Shown piece after piece: positions 9,278 to 18,554 of a stretch of DNA of 64,000 nt (its first letter is position 1; each line of letters opens with the position of its first letter). The stretch comes from Polyangiaceae bacterium (lineage in GTDB: Bacteria > Myxococcota_A > Polyangia > Polyangiales > Polyangiaceae), in contig JBNKBE010000013.1 in NCBI GenBank assembly GCA_050287085.1, positions 32,001-96,000 of the forward strand, written 5' to 3'. The notes beneath the pieces were generated by a model. The model did not search any database and was not told the origin of the DNA. It saw nothing but the letters and a program-made list of their open reading frames with translations. A program made the position numbers and the translations under genes.

Positions 9278-10000
9278 ATGAAATTCATGGTGATGCACAA
9301 ACACAACAAGAACACTGAAGCTGGCAAATTGCCCTCCCCCGAGTTCATTGCGGCGATGGGCGCCCTCATCGGTGGCGCAGCCCAAAGCGGCAAGCTGCTG
9401 GACGGGGAGGGCTTGGGCGCGACTCGAACGCGCTCACGGGTCACCTTTGAAGGCGGCACCCAAAAGAAGGTCGAACACGGGCCTTTTGCCGGCAGCAACG
9501 AGCTAGCGTCGGGGTTTGCAAAGGTGACTGTCACGTCCCGGGACGAGGCGCTGGGCCTGGCTAGGAAAATCGGAGAGGCTATCGGCGGCGACCTGGAGAT
9601 AGAAGTCAGCAAGCTCACCGAGGTGTGGGATCTCGGGGTGGCCGAACGACCCGCGGACGCCCCAGAGCGCTATCTCATCATCTACAAGGCAACCTCTGCC
9701 TCGGAGGCAGGTCGCGCACCACAACTGGACCTGCTGATGCGGCAGCTGAGCGACCAGGGGGTCGTTACTGCCTCCGCCCTATTGACGCCCTCGTCCCAGG
9801 CCAAGCGCCTCATCTGGCGCGGGGGCCAGCGCCGCATGATCGACGGCCCCTTCACCGAGTCCAAAGAGCTGATCGGCGGCTACGCGATCCTCGACCTTTC
9901 GTCGCTCGAGGAATGCCTCGCCTTCAGCCTGGAGTACGCGGAGCTCATGCTGACCTCAACGGATGGCCAGAACCTTGAAATCGACATCCGCCCCCTATGA
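9278..10000 (+). CDS. Tandem two-domain YciI/DGPF protein
   Basis: Two domains: EHGPFAGSNELASGF and IDGPFTESKELIGGY; RBS GAAGGA. Confidence 0.88.
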   Translation: MKFMVMHKHNKNTEAGKLPSPEFIAAMGALIGGAAQSGKLLDGEGLGATRTRSRVTFEGGTQKKVEHGPFAGSNELASGFAKVTVTSRDEALGLARKIGEAIGGDLEIEVSKLTEVWDLGVAERPADAPERYLIIYKATSASEAGRAPQLDLLMRQLSDQGVVTASALLTPSSQAKRLIWRGGQRRMIDGPFTESKELIGGYAILDLSSLEECLAFSLEYAELMLTSTDGQNLEIDIRPL

Positions 10001-10063
10001 AACCGCCTGCTTCGCGGGGCCACTGCTAGGCGTCCGGCGCTTGCCAAAAAAGTTCGGTCGCCA

Positions 10064-10090
10064 TGTCGAGAGTCCGAGCTCTGGTTCGAC
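10064..10090 (+). promoter_or_regulatory. ECF-type promoter TGTCGA-N17-CGAC (orphaned)
   Basis: Fourth copy of the motif, upstream of the yciI/sigma relics. Confidence 0.55.
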
Positions 10091-10142
10091 CTAGTTTGAG
10101 CGGCCACGATGAGACGCCCTCAACTGCTACTCAGCGGAACGA

Positions 10143-10252
10143 GCCGATGCCATCGCCGCCGAAGCGTCCGCGGCGCCTGGGCGCGGGGCGAAGCAATGAG
10201 CATCCCCATCGAGGTGCGGTAAGTGATGAGCGCGCCCCCCGACGTCGGCTAA
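10143..10252 (+). pseudogene. 3' remnant of a yciI gene
   Basis: AIAAEASAAPG..(frameshift)..IPIEVR*VMSAPP with an internal TAA at 10220. Confidence 0.6.
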
Positions 10253-10289
10253 ACGACCCGCCGTGGTGGCTACGACTACAACCCTAGCC

Positions 10290-10545
10290 GGCGAGCCCCA
10301 GCACCTGACGCGCGATCTGGCGCCCCAGGTGCTGGGGACCCAGGTGCTGGCGACCCTGCCGCGCCGACGGATCGGTCCTTGCCAACGCCAGGGGCGGCCA
10401 TCGCCGCCGTGCACGACGAGGCCCCGAGCGCGTCGGAAACCGACTGGCCCCGAGATTCTTGCGCTCTACGAAGTCCTCGAACGCTGTCCGACAATCCGGT
10501 AGCCTTGAACCAGGCCGTTGCGGCAGCGATGGTGCACGGGCCGAC
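10290..10545 (+). pseudogene. Internally deleted, frameshifted ECF sigma (DUF6596 type) remnant
   Basis: N-terminal QHLTRDLAPQVLG joined to C-terminal AAIAAVHDEAPSASETDWP / EILALYEVLER / LSDNPVALNQAVAAAMVHGP in different frames; homologous to the C-termini of the two intact sigmas. Confidence 0.75.
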
Positions 10546-10682
10546 CACCGACTCCCCCGCCTCTGCCAGAGACCAGATTCGGCCAGAACATCACGGGTGT
10601 GCTACGGAACCGGGGTGTCCCCCGATCATCTGAGCCAAGCCCAGGTCGAACTCCAACTCCGAAGCGAGGAGCCCCGGTACTG

Positions 10683-11087
10683 ATGCTTGCGCGCTACCAC
10701 ATGGTGCGCGGCCAACGCCCTCCCAACGATCCACTTCCTGACGGCCTTCGAATCGATATTCGCAAGCACACGCGTCACGTGCTGGCACCCACGCCCGACA
10801 TGGTGGAGCGGTATCTTGCCGCGCCGAGCGACGCGTCTTGGAGGCACTTCAGAGGCGAATACCACGCGCTATTGGAAGAGCGATTCGCCAGCGATCCGGG
10901 CCCCTTTGAGGCGCTCGCCAGGCAGGCGCGGAACGTCGACGTCTACCTCGGTTGCAGCTGCCCGACCGCGAAGAACCCCGACGCAAGCCGTTGCCACACA
11001 GTGGCGGCTCTCGCGTTCATGCGTCTTCGCTTCGCGGACCTCGATGTGCGCCTGCCCGCCGAAGACCTGAGCGCCGCCAGCTCCTGA
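10683..11087 (+). CDS. DUF488-like hypothetical protein
   Basis: LAPTPDM..WRHFRGEYHALL..VYLGCSC..RCH pattern. Confidence 0.55.
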   Translation: MLARYHMVRGQRPPNDPLPDGLRIDIRKHTRHVLAPTPDMVERYLAAPSDASWRHFRGEYHALLEERFASDPGPFEALARQARNVDVYLGCSCPTAKNPDASRCHTVAALAFMRLRFADLDVRLPAEDLSAASS

Positions 11088-11146
11088 GCTCCGACAACCG
11101 AAAGGCTTGCCGTCACAACGCCGCGCTCGACTGTGGTACTGGGCTG

Positions 11147-11755
11147 ATGATGGCGAGCACGAAAGCCACCGAGCTGCACGACGGCTCTCCCCTCCGCGGA
11201 TTTGCCACCGTCCAAGAGTGGCGCACCTGGTTGGAGCGCAACCACACGCTCTGTCCGGCACTGTGGGTCAAACTGGCCAAGAAAGGTCGCGGCATTCGTT
11301 CGCTGACGTACGAGCAAGCGCGCGACAACGCAATCGCCTTCGGCTGGATCGATGGCCTTCGGCGCTCGCTCGACGACGCGTTCTACGCCATACGCTTCAC
11401 GCCCAGAACCAAGCGCAGCAGGTGGTCCAAGATCAATCGTACCATCGCGGAGGAACTCATCGCCAGCGGCCAGATGGAGACGTCGGGGCTCGACCAGGTT
11501 GAAGCGGCGCGACGAGACGGTCGCTGGGACGCAGCCTACGCCGGCTCAGCAACAATCGAGATGCACCCTGAGCTCGAGCGCGCCTTGAAAGCGAACCCAA
11601 CGGCGCAGGATTTCTTCGCCACCATAAGCCGGGCGAATCGCTTCGCCATCCTCTCTCGCGTGCACGACGCGCGGCGCCCCGAGACGCGCGCGCGGCGAAT
11701 TGAACAGCTCGTCGCCCAGCTGGCACGCGGTGAAGTCCCGCATCCGGATCGCTGA
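11147..11755 (+). CDS. YdeI/OmpD-associated family protein
   Basis: WRTWLERNH, FGWIDG, RFTPRTKRSRWSKIN, DGRWDAAY, RPETRARRI. Confidence 0.9.
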   Translation: MMASTKATELHDGSPLRGFATVQEWRTWLERNHTLCPALWVKLAKKGRGIRSLTYEQARDNAIAFGWIDGLRRSLDDAFYAIRFTPRTKRSRWSKINRTIAEELIASGQMETSGLDQVEAARRDGRWDAAYAGSATIEMHPELERALKANPTAQDFFATISRANRFAILSRVHDARRPETRARRIEQLVAQLARGEVPHPDR

Positions 11756-11861
11756 GCCACTCGACCGCCCTCGCCAGGCCCTTGCACGGCAACTCAAATG
11801 CCTCGCTCGAACCTTGGGTCCCGCTCGAAGCGCTTGGACGCCCGGGCGCAGGACCGCCCTT

Positions 11862-12890
11862 TCAAAACATCTCAACCCCCGGAATGCTCATCGGCACGAC
11901 CGAGATGCTGTCAACGGGGCCCGTTATGAACAGCGTCCTTTGCTCAGGGCCCGCAAACACATTGTTCGTAGCACCGTTGTTCTCACCCACTGACGTCGGG
12001 ATCGTAAGAACCTTGGTCCCCGCTGCGTCGAATACGACAACTCCCAAGCTGTTGCTGAGATAGATATTGCCGCCTGCGTCCATGGACATGCCGTCGCCGC
12101 CCATGCCCACAAATGGCTGAAGATTGGAAAGGCTACCATCGGCTCCAATGTCGAAGACGACCGTGCCGCCCATATTGTCGTCCTTCCAACGATTGACGTA
12201 GAGCTTGCGTCCGTCTGGGGTACCCACAACGCCGTTGGGCCAGGTATCCGCGTCCCACTCCGCCATCGTCGTCATCCGAACTAGCGACGTGGCCCCCGGG
12301 GCCAGATAGTAGACGTGCCCGCCCTTTCCTAGCGCCGCCTGCTCGGAGTGGGTGGGCGGCCAGTCTTGCTTGCGAGGGTCGGCATCATCCCAATAGTCAC
12401 GAGGAAAAAGCGGATCGGTGATGTAGATGCCACCATTGACCGGATTGATCCACAGATCGTTAGGACCGTTTAGTAGCTTGCCCTCGAAGCCACTGGCGAT
12501 CACCTCGTGCGTCCCGTCGGGGGCGATCTTCCAGACTTCACCATGCATGTCCGCGCATGCGACGAGATTCCCGGTGGCATCGAAGGCCATGCCATTGGAA
12601 CGGCCGGTGCCTTCTAGAAACGTACTCACCGTTCCCGTCGCGGCCTCCCACTTGTGAATCCTGTCGTTGGGTTGATCTGTGAAGTAGACATTGCCTAGTG
12701 GATCCACCGCTGGCCCTTCCGTGAACCCAAACCCCGCCTGCACTACCTGAAGAGCCGCCCTCGGTGTCGGAGGGTCGGCATATGCAGAGCCGTCATCCGC
12801 TGAACAAGCGCCTAGGGTGAGCAAGACTGCAGGACTGAAGACCGAAGCCACGAACAGCCACGGGCGAGTCATCGACATTTGGGACATCAC
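11862..12890 (-). CDS. SMP-30/gluconolactonase-family lipoprotein
   Basis: Lipobox LTLGAC; FTEGPAVD, FTDQPND, RSNGM, LNGPNDL, PNGV, GDGMSMD; RBS GAGGAGG. Confidence 0.9.
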   Translation of the reverse strand: MMSQMSMTRPWLFVASVFSPAVLLTLGACSADDGSAYADPPTPRAALQVVQAGFGFTEGPAVDPLGNVYFTDQPNDRIHKWEAATGTVSTFLEGTGRSNGMAFDATGNLVACADMHGEVWKIAPDGTHEVIASGFEGKLLNGPNDLWINPVNGGIYITDPLFPRDYWDDADPRKQDWPPTHSEQAALGKGGHVYYLAPGATSLVRMTTMAEWDADTWPNGVVGTPDGRKLYVNRWKDDNMGGTVVFDIGADGSLSNLQPFVGMGGDGMSMDAGGNIYLSNSLGVVVFDAAGTKVLTIPTSVGENNGATNNVFAGPEQRTLFITGPVDSISVVPMSIPGVEMF

Positions 12891-13358
12891 GTTCCTCCTC
12901 AGGGCCTTGACTTACCAGAGCCGCCGCAGCACCACCACGCAAAGTGTCAGCAAGCATCGAAAGGCGCGTCTCCGTGACTGATTTCGGGCCCTTTGTCGCG
13001 CCATTTCTTCCGCAGCGGGCTCGGTCCAGTCCCCGGATGTCGTGACGCTTGCCAAGACCGGAACGCTTCAGTTCCGACGTATAACCGCCAAACGTGAACA
13101 GACATTGTCCAACCGATACGCCTCCGCGGCGCCCCCAGTATTCCACCTCGGTCGCGCAGCGAAAGTGACAGGGCCGCCGTCAACGACTCCGCCACCGCGA
13201 TTGCAGACTCGATCTGCGCTAAGGCATTGAAATGCAGAAGAGCGCGCTCGTCGGCTCGTGACCTGTTCATGAACCGGCGCATTTTCGGCGCGCACGCGCT
13301 GTCCACCGCAGAGGCCTCTCTTGCAGCTCCCAAGCTTGCACGCCTAGGGACCGTAGCC

Positions 13359-14318
13359 TCACGCGATGCCGCCTGCCCCAAGCAGCCGTTCCAGGGTATC
13401 GAAAGAACCCGTCCAGCCTAGGGTCATGCCCGGCCGTTCCCGGGCAAATGCGTCCACGGCGTCTGCCGTCAAGGTCCCGATGGGTTCACTCGTCACCGTA
13501 ACACGCGTCCGGTCGGGTGCCTCCTCTGCCAAGAGCACAATGGTCCGCAGCGTGGGGGGCCAAATCGCTACGCCTGGTGGCGAAACGACCTGCTCTGATT
13601 GATCCACGAATTGCTGCGTGTAGACGATGCGCCTTGGGGACTCGATTGCGAGGTATTCGGTGCGTACCTGCATAGCACCGAGCTCGCTGGTGATGACACA
13701 TAAGGTGCTCTTACCGCAGCCTATCTCCGATCGAAGGAAGTGCGCCTGGGCACCCGCGGGCGGAAGCCACCTGACAAGGTGCTCAGGGCGGGTCCACATC
13801 TCGAAGACACGCGCGATGGGAGCGTCAAAGACGCGGTTGATAACGAAGCAGCGCTTGCCCGTGGCCCGTTGTTCCAAGTGCTCCGCAAGGCGATCCCAAG
13901 TGGCATTGCCCCCCATCTGCCTGATGAGCTTGGTCATTCCCTGCGCTGCCTCCGGTGACGGCAGTGTGAAAGCCAATGCCATCGTCGTTCGCCCCTCAGC
14001 TTCCGCAAACGTGACGGTCACGCGGAAAAGCGCCAGAGCCTCGTCGGTAGCGCTATGGTCGTATTCCAGCTTCTTGCACGCCTCGACGACGCAATAGGTG
14101 ATGACGTTCGGATAGTCGACGCCGTCGGGGCCATGCATCGTGTAGCGCCACGTGCCTCCCACCCGGAGCTCCTTGCGGTGGCTAGTGATCGTGAAGCCCC
14201 GCGGGCCCCACCACTTCTCAACTTGCTCGGATATCGTCCACGCATCCCACACCACTCGGACGGGAGCGTCATACACACGTGTGAGTCGGATTTCGTTTGG
14301 ATTGCTTGTTGCGGTCAT
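13359..14318 (-). CDS. Tandem SRPBCC/AHSA1-domain protein
   Basis: Two repeats (RVYDAPV..WWGPRGF; RVFDAPI..WLPPAG..GWTGSFD); TGATG coupling to ArsR. Confidence 0.88.
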   Translation of the reverse strand: MTATSNPNEIRLTRVYDAPVRVVWDAWTISEQVEKWWGPRGFTITSHRKELRVGGTWRYTMHGPDGVDYPNVITYCVVEACKKLEYDHSATDEALALFRVTVTFAEAEGRTTMALAFTLPSPEAAQGMTKLIRQMGGNATWDRLAEHLEQRATGKRCFVINRVFDAPIARVFEMWTRPEHLVRWLPPAGAQAHFLRSEIGCGKSTLCVITSELGAMQVRTEYLAIESPRRIVYTQQFVDQSEQVVSPPGVAIWPPTLRTIVLLAEEAPDRTRVTVTSEPIGTLTADAVDAFARERPGMTLGWTGSFDTLERLLGAGGIA

Positions 14319-14710
14319 CACCTTCTCCTCACCTTCCTTTGGGGACGCGGTTGTCTTGCGTCTTGCCGCGATGGGCCCTGTGGGCCGGGACCTGGCGCAA
14401 TACTCTTCAGGTACGAGCCCAACCTCTCCAAGCGCGCCTCCCACATGGCGCGGTAGGGCTCGACCCACTCAGCAACGGGCGCAAGAGCAGTCGGCTCAAG
14501 CTTGCATGGGCGTCGTTGACCCTCCGAGCTGCGAGAGATGAGCCCAGCACGCTCCAGCACTTTCAGATGCTTGGTGATGGCCGGCCCCGACAGCTCGAAG
14601 GGCTCGGCGAGCTCCTTTACAGGAGCCTCCCCCTCGGCGAGGCGCGCGAGAATTGCACGCCTCGTAGGATCTGCGAGGGCAGCGAAGAGGTTCGACAAGT
14701 CAACTGACAT
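14318..14710 (-). CDS. ArsR/SmtB-family regulator (SRPBCC-associated, non-metal type)
   Basis: FAALADPTRRAILARL..ITKHLKVLERAGLI..QRRPCKL. Confidence 0.92.
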   Translation of the reverse strand: MSVDLSNLFAALADPTRRAILARLAEGEAPVKELAEPFELSGPAITKHLKVLERAGLISRSSEGQRRPCKLEPTALAPVAEWVEPYRAMWEARLERLGSYLKSIAPGPGPQGPSRQDARQPRPQRKVRRR

Positions 14711-14717
14711 GCTGATG

Positions 14718-14751
14718 ATTTACCCATTGGTTAATTAACTAACAAGTAAAT
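14718..14751. promoter_or_regulatory. AT-rich palindromic operator, probably for the adjacent ArsR
   Basis: ATTTAC-N6-GTTAATTAAC-N6-GTAAAT, symmetric about one centre, immediately upstream of the ATG. Confidence 0.7.
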
Positions 14752-14857
14752 AGTTGCGCAAGCCGTCCGATCCTCGTCGCCGCAGCTGGGACGGGACTAC
14801 AGGCCAATAGTTACGCTCGAGGCCGTCCGACGCGCCCCCGGTCGCACCCTCCCCGCG

Positions 14858-14960
14858 CAGCACTCGTCCGACGACTCGCCCACAAACTGTACCCAGCACT
14901 CGTCCGACGGCTCGCCCACAAACTATGCGCAGCAGTCGTCCGACGGCTCGCCCCCAGAGC
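14858..14960. repeat. 36-bp tandem repeat, about 3 copies, spanning the sigZ stop
   Basis: CAGCA(C/G)TCGTCCGACG(A/G)CTCGCCC.. starts at 14858, 14894 and 14930. Confidence 0.9.
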
Positions 14961-15516
14961 GCGGCTCACAAGCGACCACGCGACGACGCGCGTCCAAGGC
15001 GATATCACAACAGGCTTCCAATGCAGCGCGGAGCTTGTGGCGACCGCGCTGCACCCGAGACTTCATTCCCGACAACGAAACCCCGAGCCTGTCGGCGGCT
15101 TGCTTCTGGGTCAGCCCCTCGAGCTCGGTCAGGATCAGGGCATGGCGATAAGGCTCAGGCATCCTAGCTATGAGTTCCGCCATGTAGGTAGCCACTTCGC
15201 GTTCAGCCGCCCGATCATCCATGTCCCGCGAGTGGAGCGCGTGCTCGACGGCGTTCGGCTCGACGAGCGGGCGACGCGCCGCCGCGCGTCCATAGTCGGC
15301 GATAGCACTCCGAGCCACTCTGTACACCCACGGCCCAAGGCGTTGCGTGTCGCGCAGTGCGGCGAAGCCCCGCTGCATCCGAAGGAACACCTCCTGCACG
15401 ACGTCGTCCACATCTGCGACCGGAACTCGCTTAGCCACGAACGGCCTCAACCTCGCTTCCAGCACGCGCCAAAGATGAGCGCCCGCGAAGTCAGCAAGCT
15501 CGATGTTCTCGATCAC
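14923..15516 (-). CDS. sigZ: ECF sigma factor, SigZ-like, with Cys-rich C-terminus
   Basis: DDVVQEVFLR, WVYRVAR, LTELEGLTQKQAADRLGVSLSGMKSRVQRGR..LEACC..DDCCA; GTGA overlap with the arsM stop. Confidence 0.85.
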   Translation of the reverse strand: MIENIELADFAGAHLWRVLEARLRPFVAKRVPVADVDDVVQEVFLRMQRGFAALRDTQRLGPWVYRVARSAIADYGRAAARRPLVEPNAVEHALHSRDMDDRAAEREVATYMAELIARMPEPYRHALILTELEGLTQKQAADRLGVSLSGMKSRVQRGRHKLRAALEACCDIALDARRRVVACEPRSGGEPSDDCCA

Positions 15517-16337
15517 AGAACCGCTCCCGTTTGGCAGCAGGACGGCGCGCAACACGAAACGCGCGGCTTTGTCGCCTCGATGCTAGCCGAAGCGACATAC
15601 TCCTCGAGCCCCGAACCTGGGATCCAGTCGCGGATGAACACATGACTATCCTCGCCAAGCGTCACGCGCACGCGCTCAAATCCGACCTTCCCCAAGAGGG
15701 CCTCGACCGCGGCTACGTCGGCCGCACCCCCAATGCATCCTGGGCGCGCCGCCACCTCGCGTTTCATAGCCTGAGGCAGTGGGCGGACGGCCAGGACGTC
15801 CGCGATGGCGAGACGCCCGCCCGCCTTCAGTACTCGAAAGGCGTCGCGAAACACCTGCTCCTTGTCCGGACTTAGATTGATGACGCAGTTTGAAATGACA
15901 ACATCAACGCTGCTATCAGCGACCGGCAGGTGCTCGATTTCGCCAAGACGAAAGTCGACGTGGGTGGCTCCCAACTGCCGGGCGTTGGCGCGCGCTTTGG
16001 TCACCATCTCCGGGGTCATGTCGACCCCCACCACCTGACCCTTTGGCCCAACCTGTTGGGCGGCGAGCAGGCAATCAAAGCCAGCGCCCGAGCCGAGGTC
16101 GAGTACGGTCTCCCCTTCCCTGAGCCTTGCGATGGCGCGCGGATTGCCACAACCGAGCCCCATGTTGGCCCCCTCGGGAACAGCCGCTAGCTCCTCAGCA
16201 GAATAGCCCAGAGCCAGGCTACCTTTGGCGTTTGGGCCACAGGTCCCGGGCGCGCAGCATCCGCCCACGCCGCGCGCTATGCTGCCATATTGTTGTCGCA
16301 CTGCGCTGCGGATTTCATCGTAGGTGGGTTCCGTCAT
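15513..16337 (-). CDS. arsM: Arsenite S-adenosylmethionine methyltransferase
   Basis: GCCAPGTC, ANMGLGCGNP, VLDLGSGAGFD, ISNCVINLSPDK, GCIGGA; C-terminal CCAPSCC. Confidence 0.93.
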   Translation of the reverse strand: MTEPTYDEIRSAVRQQYGSIARGVGGCCAPGTCGPNAKGSLALGYSAEELAAVPEGANMGLGCGNPRAIARLREGETVLDLGSGAGFDCLLAAQQVGPKGQVVGVDMTPEMVTKARANARQLGATHVDFRLGEIEHLPVADSSVDVVISNCVINLSPDKEQVFRDAFRVLKAGGRLAIADVLAVRPLPQAMKREVAARPGCIGGAADVAAVEALLGKVGFERVRVTLGEDSHVFIRDWIPGSGLEEYVASASIEATKPRVSCCAPSCCQTGAVL

Positions 16338-16375
16338 GGTCGTTAGTCTCCGATTGTTTGAGGATCGGTTCCAAA

Positions 16376-16401
16376 GACGGCGACCCGCCAAAAAGGACGC
16401 A
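16376..16401 (-). promoter_or_regulatory. ECF-type promoter TGCGTC-N16-CGTC upstream of arsM-sigZ
   Basis: Minus strand TGCGTCCTTTTTGGCGGGTCGCCGTCT with a T-tract in the spacer, located in the arsC-arsM gap. Confidence 0.55.
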
Positions 16402-16436
16402 ACAAAAACCGCACCGGCCTGAGGCGGTACCCCGAT

Positions 16437-16874
16437 TCACTGATTTAGGCTGGCAGATTGTTGAGCAAAGCGCTCCAGTCGCCCGCGAATGGCGTCGCGC
16501 GCCGAGCGGAAACGCGTGAGCATCTCCGCACGCGAAAGGCTGGTGTCGTCGCTAGCTGGATCCGGGATCGGCCAGTGCAGGCGCCGCGCCCGGCCGAGGA
16601 AAGCAGGGCATACCTCCTCGGCGCACAGAGTGATGACGGTGCCCACCGTTTCCGGATCGATGCTCTGCACCGACTTTGACGAGTGCGTCGTGAGATCCAC
16701 CCCCAGCTCCCGCATCACCTCGGTTGCATACGGATTGACCGTGCTCGGCTGACTGCCAGCGCTCTGCACGACAACTCCGTCGCCCCAAATCATGCGGCCC
16801 AGACCTTCTGCCATCTGACTGCGCGCCGAGTTGGCGACGCAGAGAAATAAGATGCTCTTGTTTTCGTCGTTCAT
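16437..16874 (-). CDS. arsC: Thioredoxin-type arsenate reductase (LMW-PTP fold)
   Basis: [16 protein letters not shown]-loop, [17 protein letters not shown]. Confidence 0.93.
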   Translation of the reverse strand: MNDENKSILFLCVANSARSQMAEGLGRMIWGDGVVVQSAGSQPSTVNPYATEVMRELGVDLTTHSSKSVQSIDPETVGTVITLCAEEVCPAFLGRARRLHWPIPDPASDDTSLSRAEMLTRFRSARDAIRGRLERFAQQSASLNQ

Positions 16875-16885
16875 TCATGCGTCTT

Positions 16886-18004
16886 TCAGGGTTCTGCTTT
16901 GAATGCTTCACGGCTGATTCCTAGCTGGGCGGCAGCGCCGCCGCTCGAGACATCGGGGAAGTAGCGGCGGCCAAGCCAGAGCGCGACGTTAACAAGTCCG
17001 ATGAGGACCGGCACTTCCACAAGGGGTCCAATGACTGCTGCGAAAGCAGCCCCACTGTGAATACCAAAGCTGGCCACGGCCACCGCAATGGCCAGCTCGA
17101 AATTATTGGAGGCAGCGGTGAACGAAAGCGTCGTGGACTGTTGATATCCCGCACCCACCCGCTTGCTCATGAAGAAAGAGAGCGAAAACATCACCACAAA
17201 GTAGATGAGCAACGGAAGAGCGACGCGCAAGACGTCCAGCGGCAACTCGACGATTGCCTCGCCCTTGAGCGAAAACATCACCACAATGGTGAACAGCAGC
17301 GATACCAGCGTGACAGGACCGATGCGCGCGGCAAATTGGCTCTCGTACCATTCACGTCCCCGCGCACGGACCAGAAGCGCCCGCGTCAGGAACCCCGCCG
17401 CGAATGGAACCCCAAGATAGAGGGCGACGCTCTGAGCAATCTCGCCGATGCTGATGTCCACGACGGCGCCCTCTAGCCCCAGCCAAGAGGGCAACAATGT
17501 GGCGAAGAAGTATGCGTAGACCGAAAAGAAGAGCACCTGAAATATGGAGTTGAAGGCCACCAGACCGGCGCAGTACTCGCGGTCTCCTTTGGCCAAGTCG
17601 TTCCACACGATGACCATGGCGATGCAGCGGGCTAAACCGATGAGGATGAGTCCGAGCATGTACTCCGGCTTGTCGCGCAGAAATACGACGGCGAGTCCAA
17701 ACATCAGCAGCGGGCCGATGACCCAGTTCTGCACCAAAGACAGTACCAGTACGCGCTTGTTGCGGAAGACCCTACCGAGCTCCTCGTAGCGTACCTTGGC
17801 AAGCGGTGGGTACATCATCAGGATCAAGCCGAGCGCTATCGGAATCGATGTAGTGCCGATACTCATCCGCTCGAGTGCAGCCGGAACACCTGGCGCGGCC
17901 GCTCCCAGCAGAACACCCAAGGCCATAGCCAGGAAGATCCACAAGGTGAGATAGCGGTCAAGAAAGGACAACTTGCCGAGCAAGCCGGTGGGAACTGTGG
18001 ACAT
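16886..18004 (-). CDS. acr3: ACR3-family arsenite efflux transporter
   Basis: [46 protein letters not shown]. Confidence 0.96.
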   Translation of the reverse strand: MSTVPTGLLGKLSFLDRYLTLWIFLAMALGVLLGAAAPGVPAALERMSIGTTSIPIALGLILMMYPPLAKVRYEELGRVFRNKRVLVLSLVQNWVIGPLLMFGLAVVFLRDKPEYMLGLILIGLARCIAMVIVWNDLAKGDREYCAGLVAFNSIFQVLFFSVYAYFFATLLPSWLGLEGAVVDISIGEIAQSVALYLGVPFAAGFLTRALLVRARGREWYESQFAARIGPVTLVSLLFTIVVMFSLKGEAIVELPLDVLRVALPLLIYFVVMFSLSFFMSKRVGAGYQQSTTLSFTAASNNFELAIAVAVASFGIHSGAAFAAVIGPLVEVPVLIGLVNVALWLGRRYFPDVSSGGAAAQLGISREAFKAEP

Positions 18005-18035
18005 CGTCTGGTTTCCTTCGTGCGTTCTGGTTCGC

Positions 18036-18051
18036 ATCGTCGATATACGAT
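18036..18051. promoter_or_regulatory. Candidate ArsR operator ATCGT-N6-ACGAT
   Basis: ATCGTCGATATACGAT between arsR and acr3; a second copy lies at 18400. Confidence 0.6.
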
Positions 18052-18056
18052 AGCTT

Positions 18057-18401
18057 CTACAAACTTCCGATCAGCGCGCGAACGCGGCGCAGCGCACGCT
18101 GATCGGCGCAGTAGCAAACGCGAGGTCCGTCAACCTCACCGCGGATGAGCCCAGCGTTCTTCAACACCTTGAGGTGCTGCGAAACGGTGGACTGGGCCAG
18201 CTCCAAATCATCAACGATATCACCACAAATGCACGCGCTTCTGCATGTGAGAAGACGCATGATCCGCACGCGTGCTGGGTGTCCGAGAGCCTTCGCAAAC
18301 AACGCTAGTTCTTCGTCGGCGCCGTGCCCTTGCACGGGTCTGAGGTCCTCTTGGGCGTCCGGGATTGGACAGCAATAGACCCCTGGGCTTGTCTGAATCA
18401 T
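18057..18401 (-). CDS. arsR: As(III)-responsive ArsR repressor
   Basis: [38 protein letters not shown]; heads the ars operon. Confidence 0.92.
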   Translation of the reverse strand: MIQTSPGVYCCPIPDAQEDLRPVQGHGADEELALFAKALGHPARVRIMRLLTCRSACICGDIVDDLELAQSTVSQHLKVLKNAGLIRGEVDGPRVCYCADQRALRRVRALIGSL

Positions 18402-18415
18402 CGTGATAAGGCGAT
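18400..18415. promoter_or_regulatory. Candidate ArsR operator ATCGT-N6-GCGAT overlapping the arsR start
   Basis: ATCGTGATAAGGCGAT. Confidence 0.6.
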
Positions 18416-18554
18416 ATAACGCCTCCTATCCCCAATGCGCAAGTCACATTGCTGTGACGTTCTCATGGCCAGGAGATGAACTCCGCTCGAGAGCTGAAAT
18501 CGAGCTCCGCTCCCCACGGACTCGACCACTGGCGCTCCGCAGCGCCGCCCCGCC

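Noticed and set aside
12947..13381. 144-aa minus-strand ORF between the lactonase and SRPBCC genes
   Set aside because: No recognisable motif or RBS; probably non-coding or a decayed sequence I cannot identify.
14923..14925. Pyrrolysine or selenocysteine recoding of the sigZ stop
   Set aside because: The stop is TAG so Sec does not apply, and no pyl machinery is visible in the window.
14858..14960. Mini-CRISPR from the 36-bp periodicity
   Set aside because: The period is the repeat itself with no unique spacers, and it duplicates the sigZ 3' end.
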